DNA from: an uncultured Pseudomonadales bacterium
Lineage (GTDB): Bacteria; Pseudomonadota; Gammaproteobacteria; Pseudomonadales; Azotimanducaceae
Direction: 5' to 3'
Assembly (NCBI GenBank): GCA_958295875.1
Contig: OY282379.1
Location: 2,569,046 to 2,633,045, forward strand
DNA length: 64,000 nucleotides
This document shows positions 25,708 to 33,343 of the stretch, one piece after another. The position numbers and the translations under genes are program-made. How positions within the stretch are numbered: the first letter of the stretch is position 1; each line of letters starts with the position of its first letter. The notes under the pieces were generated by a model. It did not search any database. It was not told the origin of the DNA and worked only from the letters and a program-made list of their open reading frames with translations.

Positions 25708-26061
25708 ATGACGGCGATGTTGGACGCGACGCTGGCGCGGTGGAAAGAAGCGGAGGTCGCGCAGGGACGGGCGCAGGGCATGGAACGGGGCCTTGCACAG
25801 GGCATTGAGCGTGGCCGGGCGCAAGGCATGGAACAAGGCTTGGCGCGAGGCGTGGAACGGGGCCTAGCCCAAGGGCGGGTGGCCCTGCTTGGCCGGATGG
25901 CGGAGCGGCGCTTCGGCGCGGGCGTGGCGGGCCGTGTGACGGCGCTGTTGGCGGACGAGACGGACCTGCCGCGCCTGGATGAGGCCGGCGAATGGCTGCT
26001 CGAGTGCGACACCGGCGAGGCGCTGCTCGCGCGGCTCGCAGGGCGTCAGCCACACGGCTGA
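25708..26061 (+). CDS. Stand-alone Rpn C-terminal (DUF4351-like) module, 117 aa
   Basis: AGGAGG at 25695..25700, a 7-nt spacer, then ATG at 25708. MTAMLDATLARWKEAEVAQG... duplicates the last about 105 aa of 24540..25607 but has more 8-aa repeats. Confidence 0.5.
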   Translation: MTAMLDATLARWKEAEVAQGRAQGMERGLAQGIERGRAQGMEQGLARGVERGLAQGRVALLGRMAERRFGAGVAGRVTALLADETDLPRLDEAGEWLLECDTGEALLARLAGRQPHG

Positions 26062-26145
26062 CGGCGAGCGCCAAAGTAGAGCTGTTGGCGCTTCAGGTCC
26101 CGCTTCGGGGGATCCGAACACTCTGCATGAGTCTAAACGGGTGCC

Positions 26146-26841
26146 TCAGCACAGTTGGCGAGCCAAGTCTCGGTAATCCTCGGCGCGGATGTCGAAGGCG
26201 TCGGTGGCGCCGCGGCTTCCCGCCTCCTTGAGCTTGGGTTTGACGTACGCCGTCTTCAGCCCCGCCTTGGCAGCGGCTGCGAGATCTGGCGGATGCACGG
26301 CCACCATCATCGTCTCTTCCGGCTCGGCGCCGAGCAACCGGGCGGCGGTCTGGTACGCCGCCGCTTCCGGCTTGTAGACGCCCAAGAACTCGCAAGACAA
26401 ACACGCATCCCAATCGATGCCGGCGTGTTTGGAGCTATCCACGACAATGGACAGCGAAAGCACCGTGAGAATTGCCACGACATAACGTTCACGCAGCCGC
26501 AGCAACGCATCCGGCACATCCTCCCAAACGCCCATGCGATGCCAAGCGCGATTCAGCTGGTCGCGGTCCGCCACAGTGAGCTTCAGCACCGGGAACTGCT
26601 CGGCGAGTTCATCTAGCACAGCCCGGTGAATCTGATCCGCGTTTTGCCAAGGCCGCGCACCGGAGCGCACTTCCGCAAGCTGCTCGAACATGCGCCGCCG
26701 CCAGGTAGACGCGAACGCCGCGTCGTCCACCGCCACATTGCGCGCCTGGGCGAGCTCGCGCACGGCGCCGCGAGTGGCAGTTTGCCAATCAAAAATGCTG
26801 CCGCCGACATCGAACGTCAGCGCCTTGATGCCCTCGATCAT
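26146..26841 (-). CDS. Haloacid dehalogenase type II-like HAD hydrolase
   Basis: An ALTFDVGGSIFDW motif I-like N-terminus and a size of about 230 aa fit the family. The C-terminal part is MMVAVHPPDLAAAAKAGLKTAYV. Confidence 0.7.
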   Translation of the reverse strand: MIEGIKALTFDVGGSIFDWQTATRGAVRELAQARNVAVDDAAFASTWRRRMFEQLAEVRSGARPWQNADQIHRAVLDELAEQFPVLKLTVADRDQLNRAWHRMGVWEDVPDALLRLRERYVVAILTVLSLSIVVDSSKHAGIDWDACLSCEFLGVYKPEAAAYQTAARLLGAEPEETMMVAVHPPDLAAAAKAGLKTAYVKPKLKEAGSRGATDAFDIRAEDYRDLARQLC

Positions 26842-26856
26842 ATGTTGCCACCTCGC

Positions 26857-27129
26857 TCAAGAAACCCCGGACGCTATTTTGGAACTCGCGTAGCGACGGC
26901 GCGGCCAAGTGCGCGCGTGGCGATGAACCACCGCACGGCTGCGTGTGCTCACATCGAACAGCCGGGTCGCCGCCAGCGCCATGGCAACGTCATCGCGCCC
27001 CTCTCGAACATAGTACCAATGCAATAACTGTGCATCGTCGATCTTGCGGTGCGCGTCGGCGTCCCACGCAGACGCTCCACGCTGCTCGTCATCCACAGCG
27101 CCGTAGCCAACGTCGGCGGGCTGATTCAC
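26857..27129 (-). CDS. Hypothetical small protein
   Basis: This 90-codon ORF lies between two same-strand genes and has plausible codon usage. No recognisable motif was found. Confidence 0.25.
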   Translation of the reverse strand: MNQPADVGYGAVDDEQRGASAWDADAHRKIDDAQLLHWYYVREGRDDVAMALAATRLFDVSTRSRAVVHRHARTWPRRRYASSKIASGVS

Positions 27130-27259
27130 CGATCCGTGGTGACGAGTTAGCCCCGACGGCCACCGGCATCATCGTGGCTTAGGCGAAATGATTGGCGGTG
27201 CCGTGGGCTGTGACGCTGGCTGGCGCCACTTGCCGAGCGCAGAGCATCGAAACCGTGCC

Positions 27260-28858
27260 CTACGTCTCACCCATCGGCGCAGCGCGGGGTTTGGCGGTGA
27301 TGCTGTCTGGCGCCGGCATCGAGGAACCCGGCAACGACAACGTGCCGCGCAGGTAGGCGTCCCACTGTTCGCCCAGCCGCTCTACGCTTGCTGCGCCGAA
27401 CACCACCCGGTCTGGCTTTGCGAGCAGCGCCGGTGCGTCGCCGAGCATCCGCTTCAGCCAGCCGGATTCGTCTTGGACGCGGATCTGATCGTGTTGCGCA
27501 TTGTCGAGGCTGGCCACGCTGATGCCGGGAAATCGTGCCCGAAAGGCTTGCACCTCCGCCGCCGCGGCGTCGCCGTTGGCAAGCACGAGCAGTGGCCTGA
27601 AGCCCGCCACGTCATCAACGCGGAGTGCTCCTGCGCCGGCGACCATCGGTTCCGGCATCGGCTTGCCGGCGCTTCGGTCGTCCAACACCCCGCTTTCGAT
27701 GTAGGGCATGGATGGGAACGGCGGAGGACGTCCAGCGGCGAGGTCCGCCAGCATCTTGCGATCGCGCTCGGCGGCTTTGGCCTCGTCCGCCACGCAAACG
27801 ATCTTGCCGAGGGCGATGGCGCCGCGGGTGATGGCGGCGACATGAGGCGCCCGTTCGCCCTGCACCGTGTCAAGGAACGGAAGCGCCACGTCGCCACGCA
27901 ACACGGCGGCGAGTTTCCACGCTAAGTTGTAGGCGTCGCGCACGCCGGAGCAGAGCCCTTGGCCCATGAACGGCGGCATCTGATGCGCGGCGTCGCCGAT
28001 GAGCACGATGCGGCCTGCTCGCCACTGGCGTGCCAGCAGGCCGTGGAACTCGTAAACGGCGCTGCGCTCCAGTTGGATGCTGTCCGTGTCCACCCAAGGG
28101 GCTAGACGCGCCTTCAGCGTCTCCGCGGCGGTGGCTTCGGCGTGGTCTTCATCTGGGCGGAGCATGAACTCCCAGCGGTGGCGGCCGGGGCTGGACGGCA
28201 CCGATGTGGTCGGCTGCGCGGGGTCGCATAGCTGGGTGCTGACCTTCGCTAGCCGGCGCATGCCCCGCGGCAGTTTGACGTCCACCACCACCCACGGTTC
28301 GTCGAAGCCGAGGTCCACCATGTCGATGCCCAAGGCTTGGCGGACGAAGCTCCGCGCACCGTCGCAACCGACGGCGTAGGCGGCGCGCACTCGCTCTGTT
28401 CCACGCTGCGTCTCCACCGCCGCCACAACGCCGTCGTCATCTTGCTCGATGTTCACGGCTTTGGCGCCGAGGTCGACTTTGACGTTCTTAAGCTCCTTGA
28501 GGCGGCCCCGCAACGCGGACTCCAAACTCGGTTGGTGGAACATGTTGGTCCACGGGTATCCGGTTGGCGCGACGCCGGGCGGCGGATAGCGCGACATCAG
28601 CACTTCGCGGTCGCGGTTGACGAACTCGTAGCCCTCCCCGGCGCAGCTGTTCGCCAGCACCGCGTCCGCCACGCCGACGAAGTTCAGCAAGCGCAGCACT
28701 TCGTGATCGATCTGCACGGCGCGCGGCAGTTTGTAGATGGCGGTGTCTTTCTCGACCGCGCGCACACGCAGGCCGAGCGTCGCGCACAACGCCGCCAGCA
28801 CCGCGCCGACGGGGCCTAAGCCGACGACCAGCAGGTCACACTGTTGCGCTGTCGCCAT
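27260..28858 (-). CDS. FAD-dependent aromatic-ring monooxygenase (MhpA / 3-hydroxyphenylpropionate hydroxylase-like)
   Basis: It has DLLVVGLGPVGAVLAA (GxGxxG), CDGARSFVR and RIVLIGDAAHQMPPFMGQGLCSGVRDAYNLAWKL. Confidence 0.85.
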   Translation of the reverse strand: MATAQQCDLLVVGLGPVGAVLAALCATLGLRVRAVEKDTAIYKLPRAVQIDHEVLRLLNFVGVADAVLANSCAGEGYEFVNRDREVLMSRYPPPGVAPTGYPWTNMFHQPSLESALRGRLKELKNVKVDLGAKAVNIEQDDDGVVAAVETQRGTERVRAAYAVGCDGARSFVRQALGIDMVDLGFDEPWVVVDVKLPRGMRRLAKVSTQLCDPAQPTTSVPSSPGRHRWEFMLRPDEDHAEATAAETLKARLAPWVDTDSIQLERSAVYEFHGLLARQWRAGRIVLIGDAAHQMPPFMGQGLCSGVRDAYNLAWKLAAVLRGDVALPFLDTVQGERAPHVAAITRGAIALGKIVCVADEAKAAERDRKMLADLAAGRPPPFPSMPYIESGVLDDRSAGKPMPEPMVAGAGALRVDDVAGFRPLLVLANGDAAAAEVQAFRARFPGISVASLDNAQHDQIRVQDESGWLKRMLGDAPALLAKPDRVVFGAASVERLGEQWDAYLRGTLSLPGSSMPAPDSITAKPRAAPMGET

Positions 28859-28960
28859 GATCTAGGCTCTCGCCACCGCCCGCTCTCTCGATTTGGCCAC
28901 AATCAAATGTAGGCGCAGCGTCCCATGCAGGAACGCCATGCGGAAACGGCACCCGGCGCG

Positions 28961-29608
28961 TTAACGCGAGGGCTTCATGCCGGCGGCGGCCGCGTCCTCG
29001 CGCGCTTTGGCGGCTTGGAAGCTAGCGCGTTGCTGCACACGATCGATGAGTGGCGGGATGTTGGCGTACTGCTGCGTCGGGAAGCCGGCGGAGGCTGCCG
29101 TCGTGAGCAGCCAGCAGAGGTAGACGTCCACAATCGACCATTGCTCGCCGTACCACCACGGGTTGCCGTCCAGCCGGGAGTCGATTTGGGCGCACATGCC
29201 GTGCAAGGTCTCGCGCCCCTTGGCTTGCACGCCGCTCGGGTCGCCGTCCGTGTAGCGGATGGGCATGCGCACCTGGCGAACCGCCGGATGAACGGTGCCG
29301 GAGCACCACATGAGGTCTGAGATTTGTCCGGCCCGTGCCATCGGCGCATCGACCTCTGGCAGCAGCCGCGCCGCCGGGGCGATGTCATGGAGATACAGCA
29401 CGATGGCGGCATTCTCCGTGAGCACCCGGCCGTCCACCGCCAGCGCCGGCACCTTGCCGCCGGGATGGATGGCGAGGTACTCAGGCTGTTTCTGCTCGCC
29501 GGTGACGAGGTTGACCACTTGGTCCTCATAGTCCAAACCGGCCTCTTCGAGCGCGTTCATGGAGACCCGCGAGCAAGCGCCAGGACAGTGATAGAGCTTG
29601 AGTTTCAT
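28961..29608 (-). CDS. Glutathione S-transferase
   Basis: It has MKLKLYHCPGACSRVSMNALEEAGLDYE and GGKVPALAVDGRVLTENAAIVLYL (the GST N-terminal thioredoxin-like motif). Confidence 0.85.
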   Translation of the reverse strand: MKLKLYHCPGACSRVSMNALEEAGLDYEDQVVNLVTGEQKQPEYLAIHPGGKVPALAVDGRVLTENAAIVLYLHDIAPAARLLPEVDAPMARAGQISDLMWCSGTVHPAVRQVRMPIRYTDGDPSGVQAKGRETLHGMCAQIDSRLDGNPWWYGEQWSIVDVYLCWLLTTAASAGFPTQQYANIPPLIDRVQQRASFQAAKAREDAAAAGMKPSR

Positions 29609-29769
29609 TTGCGTTCCTCGGTTGCGATTTGGCTGGCGGTCAGCGCCAGCGCGGCATCATCTCGATGAAGAAATGGGACCATGTGGCCGACTCCGACGAA
29701 CTCGGCGACATGGGGCGAGCACCCGCAGGTGAAGTGCGGACCGAGCCAAGTGTACGGCGTATCGCCTTC
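29605..29769 (-). pseudogene. 5-prime-truncated gene remnant (possible alpha/beta-hydrolase C-terminus)
   Basis: The 54 open codons are ...VAEFVGVGHMVPFLHRDDAALALTASQIATEERK. They end in a TGA that overlaps the GST ATG (ATGA coupling). An in-frame stop lies at 29770..29772, with no start upstream, and the IS481-type element is adjacent. Confidence 0.3.
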
Positions 29770-29859
29770 TCACTTCCTTCCCGTTTACGATACCGTGCGA
29801 CGTCACCCGCCAAAGCCCCTGTTCTGGTTCAGATAGATATGGCACTGCGCCAGCCGATG

Positions 29860-31043
29860 GCGGGGTGAGGTGGCGCTGGCGACGGGAACCCGCCGCCAGC
29901 GCCGGATCGGGTAGCCTCAGTGAATGCGAAGTCACTGGTGGAGACCCGAGCCATGCGAATCGAATCGATGCGGATCAGATCGTACCGCAGTTTCAGGGTG
30001 GACGACGCCGAACTGCCGGCCGAGGCCCGCGGGCGCCTGTCGGCGATCCGCCGGTTCGATGGGCTGCGCGCCGCCGGCTGCGCCGAGCGCGCCGCCTTGA
30101 GGGAGGTCGGCGTCAGCCGCCGCACCCTGTATCGGTGGAAGGCCGCGCTGGCCGCCGGCGGCCAGCGCGGCCTCGCGCCGAAGTCCACCCGACCGCGCCG
30201 CGTCCGCCGCCCGGCGCGCAAGCCGGGCGACGTGAAGGCGGTCATGGCCATGCGCCGCAAGCACCCGTTCATGGGCAAGGCGCCCATCCAGCGCATGCTC
30301 GAACGCCAAGGCCTGCGGCTGAGCGCGTCAACCGTCGGGCGCATCCTCTCGCGCGCCATCGCGGACGGGACCGTGCCCCCCGCCAGCCTCTGCGAAGGAC
30401 GGGCCAAGCCCAAGCGCCCCCGCAAGTTCAACGGCTGGGCGCGGCGCTGGAAATACGGCGACAAGGCCGAGCGCCCGGGCCAGCTCGTCCAGATCGACCA
30501 CATGACCGTCTCCCGCGACGGCAGCTCCATCAAGGAGTTCCGCGCCATCTGCCCCGTCAGCCGGTTCATGGTCGCCCGCGCCTTCTCCCGCGCCACCGCC
30601 GCCACCGCAGCGCGCTTCCTCGCCGTCGTCGCCGAAGCCCTCCCCGTGCCGCTGGAGTCCGTCCAGGTCGACGGCGGCAGCGAGTTCATGGCCGGCTTCG
30701 AGGACGCCTGCAGGAACCTCGGCGTCGCGCTGCGCGTCCTGCCGCCGCGACGGCCGCAGTGGAACGGCTGCGTCGAGCGCGCCAACCGCACCGCCCGCAT
30801 CGAGTTCTGGAACCTCCTCGACTGCGACCTCACCGTCGAGGCCGTCTCCGAGAGGCTCCTCAAGCGCGAGTTCTTCTACAACTACATCCGACCGCACTCC
30901 GCAATCGACTACCGATCCCCCAACGAGTACCTTGTCGCCCACGAGGCTGCCCAGCCTCAGTGCCAGATGTCATGAACCGGTTCAGCCCCTTGACCTCGCG
31001 GGAGCCTTGGCGCTAGGTTGCGGTCGGCCAATTGGACTCACAG
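29860..31043 (+). mobile_element. IS481-family insertion sequence (boundaries tentative)
   Basis: It carries a single transposase ORF. Weak terminal inverted similarity exists (GGTGAGG... at the left, ...ACTCACAG at the right). A possible 5-bp direct repeat CGATG lies at 29855..29859 and 31044..31048. Confidence 0.4.
29920..30975 (+). CDS. IS481-family transposase (DDE integrase core)
   Basis: HTH region: VGVSRRTLYRWKAALAAGGQRGLAPKSTRP. DDE core: LVQIDHMTV, VQVDGGSEFM, RPQWNGCVERANRT. Confidence 0.85.
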   Translation: MNAKSLVETRAMRIESMRIRSYRSFRVDDAELPAEARGRLSAIRRFDGLRAAGCAERAALREVGVSRRTLYRWKAALAAGGQRGLAPKSTRPRRVRRPARKPGDVKAVMAMRRKHPFMGKAPIQRMLERQGLRLSASTVGRILSRAIADGTVPPASLCEGRAKPKRPRKFNGWARRWKYGDKAERPGQLVQIDHMTVSRDGSSIKEFRAICPVSRFMVARAFSRATAATAARFLAVVAEALPVPLESVQVDGGSEFMAGFEDACRNLGVALRVLPPRRPQWNGCVERANRTARIEFWNLLDCDLTVEAVSERLLKREFFYNYIRPHSAIDYRSPNEYLVAHEAAQPQCQMS

Positions 31044-31045
31044 CG

Positions 31046-32392
31046 ATGCCAGATAGCCAGCTAGATTGGCGGAAGCTCCTCTGCTCGACGCGGCGGAAGG
31101 AGATCGCACGAAAACGACACTGCGGTCAAGCCGCATCCGCCGGCACCCACGTCTGCGCCGAAGAGATTGAGCACGATTACGACAGGATCCTTTCCTCGAC
31201 CTCAACGCGTCGGCTGGCTGACAAGACGCAACTCTTCCCTCCTGACACGAATCGCTCTATTAGTACCCGTTTAACGCACTCGCTCGAGGTCAGCAACTTA
31301 GCCCGCAGCATCGGCGTTCGGCTTGCCCATGATCATCGCCACGACGTGTTTGGCGAGCTTGCCGACAAGCTGCAAGCGGAACGAACGGTTCCCGCGTTGC
31401 TAGCTGCCGCGGGCCTTGCACACGACCTCGGCACTCCACCTTTCGGCCATCCAGGCGAAAAGGCCATTCGCCTGTGGTGCAAGACCCGCGGCATCAAACT
31501 CAAGGATTTTGCCGAGTTCGACAGCAATTGCCAGACGTTCCGCCTCCTGACGCGCCTTCAGATCCTTGACGGCAATTTCGGCCTAGACCTGACGTGCGCC
31601 ACGCTCGCCACGTCGCTCAAGTACCCAGCCTTCTCCAACGACCTAAGTGGCTTCAAGAAGTTCGGGATTTTTGAACGCGAGCGCAACATAGCTCACGAAG
31701 TATGGGATCAAACCGGCCTCGCCGAGGGGGTGCGGCACCCTTTGGCCTACATCGTGGAAGCATGCGACGACATTGCTTACTCCGTAATGGACGTCGAAGA
31801 CATCGTAAGAATGGGCTACGCATCCTGCAACAACGTAATGGATTTCCTTGCGCAAAGTTCAGATGCCAAGACTAAAGCCGTGAGGAAAAGAACCCTAAAT
31901 GAGTGTAAGGTGTTTGCAAGTAAGAAGAGCCAGCGGCATTTGGATGAGCAATCTATGCTGGTGTTTAGGACCATTTCCATTTCTGAGATGATAGAATCGA
32001 TTACTAGAACGTTCGTTTCCCATATCGATCAGATACTCAAGGGAGAAGTAGATGGCGAATACAAGCTCGTTCCAAAATCCGACGTTGCGGAACTCTGTTG
32101 CCGGCTTAAGAAGTTTGGTAGACGTAGAGGATTCGAGCATCGAGATATATGTCAGCGGGCGATGAAGGACAAGAAGCAGGTCAGAGAAACGATGGATTAC
32201 CTCTGGTGTGGCATCGCGAATCCGGATCGAGGTAGCGCTTATTCGCGCCTGCCTGAGATTGACCGTCGAGCGTACGAAGTGACCTCTCGTTCTTGGTCCG
32301 ACAAGTTGCACCTGCTATGCGACACCGTTGCGAGCATGACGAATAGCGAACTGATCTCTTTACGCGACGACCTCAAAGGCATTCTGCAGTAG
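31046..32392 (+). CDS. dGTPase-family HD-domain deoxynucleoside triphosphate triphosphohydrolase-like protein
   Basis: LDWRKLLCSTRRKE is a Dgt-type N-terminus. RLTHSLEVSNLARSIG and GLAHDLGTPPFGHPGE are HD motifs, and ACDDIAYSVMDVED is also present. The GC content is visibly lower than the flanks. Confidence 0.8.
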   Translation: MPDSQLDWRKLLCSTRRKEIARKRHCGQAASAGTHVCAEEIEHDYDRILSSTSTRRLADKTQLFPPDTNRSISTRLTHSLEVSNLARSIGVRLAHDHRHDVFGELADKLQAERTVPALLAAAGLAHDLGTPPFGHPGEKAIRLWCKTRGIKLKDFAEFDSNCQTFRLLTRLQILDGNFGLDLTCATLATSLKYPAFSNDLSGFKKFGIFERERNIAHEVWDQTGLAEGVRHPLAYIVEACDDIAYSVMDVEDIVRMGYASCNNVMDFLAQSSDAKTKAVRKRTLNECKVFASKKSQRHLDEQSMLVFRTISISEMIESITRTFVSHIDQILKGEVDGEYKLVPKSDVAELCCRLKKFGRRRGFEHRDICQRAMKDKKQVRETMDYLWCGIANPDRGSAYSRLPEIDRRAYEVTSRSWSDKLHLLCDTVASMTNSELISLRDDLKGILQ

Positions 32393-32419
32393 TAGCACGT
32401 CTTGATCGCAACGAGCGTA

Positions 32420-33343
32420 TCAGGAGATCTCGCCAAGAGAGTTGCCCAAAAGAAACACTAGTACGAGTACCACCGGCAAAATAGTCCATCTCCCCCAAAT
32501 GGCATCGCGCAAAACAAGCATTAGGGCGGAAGTAGAGAGTGCGAGTGATAGAGCAATTGCCCCAATTCGGACCCAAGCGCTTAACTCAGGAATGGACTGT
32601 AGGGCATCACTTTCACGACCGACCAAAACAGCAAACAAGACTCCGAGCAATGTAATGACGAGCGTAGAGAAGTAGACCGCTTGTGACCTAACATCGTCCA
32701 CTGCCTTTGCTACTTGTTTAGCGCGTTGCTCTACTTTCGTAACCCTTTCCCCGTATTGAGACAATGCGGACTCATGTGCGCCATGGGGAGCGACGCTTTC
32801 GATGTCCCGTGGGGGTAATGATTCAAAAGGCTCGCATTGAGAGGCGGTGTAAGGAGTGCTCTTTACGAAGTCGATCAGCGCAAGCTTATCGCCCCTCTTG
32901 AGCTTTACGGATCTTCTAGAGAGATTGTAAATGGGACACGCCAGCTTCCCGATGTATCCGGGGTCAACCTGCGCTGCCCCCACCCACAGCAGCCCCTTGT
33001 ATGCTAGCTTAACCTTGATGTTCCACCTTGCAATCATGAACCTAGGGATGCAGAGATGTTCTAGAGTCTCTATAACGACTACCTCGTAGGGTTCGATTTC
33101 GAAAGTGTCAGCGTCTTGCAGTTCCTCCTTTTGCAAACCGCGGAAGTAACGATCTCCAACCCGCATCTGGTAGCCAGCTGGCTCAAGGCTGTCCCTAGAG
33201 AAGGGATGTATCATGCAATGGCTGTCGACGTAGCATTCTATCCGATTGCTGAGCAGCACGCCGTATTCGGACGGATAGGGGTCATATTCTAAGGTACGGA
33301 GGTCGACCTTAGATACGCTATTCGGGCGGACTGCGGCCATCAT
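32420..33343 (-). CDS. dCTP deaminase / dUTPase-fold protein with C-terminal coiled-coil and three TM helices
   Basis: The Dcd-like core is LLSNRIECYV...IHPF...LEPAGYQMRVG...IEPYEVVVIETLE...VDPGYIGKLACPIYN...LKRGDKLALIDF. The C-terminal TM segments are AVYFSTLVITLLGVLFAVLVG, WVRIGAIALSLALSTSALMLVL and WTILPVVLVLVFLLG. Confidence 0.7.
   Translation of the reverse strand: MMAAVRPNSVSKVDLRTLEYDPYPSEYGVLLSNRIECYVDSHCMIHPFSRDSLEPAGYQMRVGDRYFRGLQKEELQDADTFEIEPYEVVVIETLEHLCIPRFMIARWNIKVKLAYKGLLWVGAAQVDPGYIGKLACPIYNLSRRSVKLKRGDKLALIDFVKSTPYTASQCEPFESLPPRDIESVAPHGAHESALSQYGERVTKVEQRAKQVAKAVDDVRSQAVYFSTLVITLLGVLFAVLVGRESDALQSIPELSAWVRIGAIALSLALSTSALMLVLRDAIWGRWTILPVVLVLVFLLGNSLGEIS

Larger units (their letters stand above)
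24398..26061 (+). repeat. Rpn locus repeat unit A (upstream leader, Rpn gene, duplicated 3-prime module)
   Basis: It is near-identical to 36829..38509. I counted 4 mismatches in the first about 210 nt of the CDS by eye. The shared leader contains palindromes CTGCCTTGGCATGGCAG and GATGTCT-12nt-AGACATC. Confidence 0.85.

Noticed and set aside
25300-25900. Short regularly spaced repeats that could suggest a CRISPR array.
   Set aside because: The period is 24 bp with no unique spacers. The repeats are in frame and encode the AQG.ERG. linker of the Rpn proteins. No cas genes are present.
29858-29870. TGGCGGGGTGAGG resembles the tRNA-Ser 3-prime end (TGGCGGAGAGG at 36638) in the same orientation. 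It could be the distal att repeat of a tRNA-targeted island.
   Set aside because: The match is only about 11 of 13 positions with an indel, in GC-rich DNA. It overlaps the candidate left end of the IS481 element, and no integrase gene is present. It is worth a formal search but is not supportable by eye.
29950-30010. MRIESMRIRSYRSFRV at the start of the IS481 transposase ORF looks like the N-terminus of an ATPase (IK.I.I.NFRSF), hinting at a disrupted defence ATPase gene.
   Set aside because: The frame runs continuously into a standard IS481 HTH and DDE core, and no Walker A motif follows. It is most simply an N-terminal extension or upstream read-through of the ORF.
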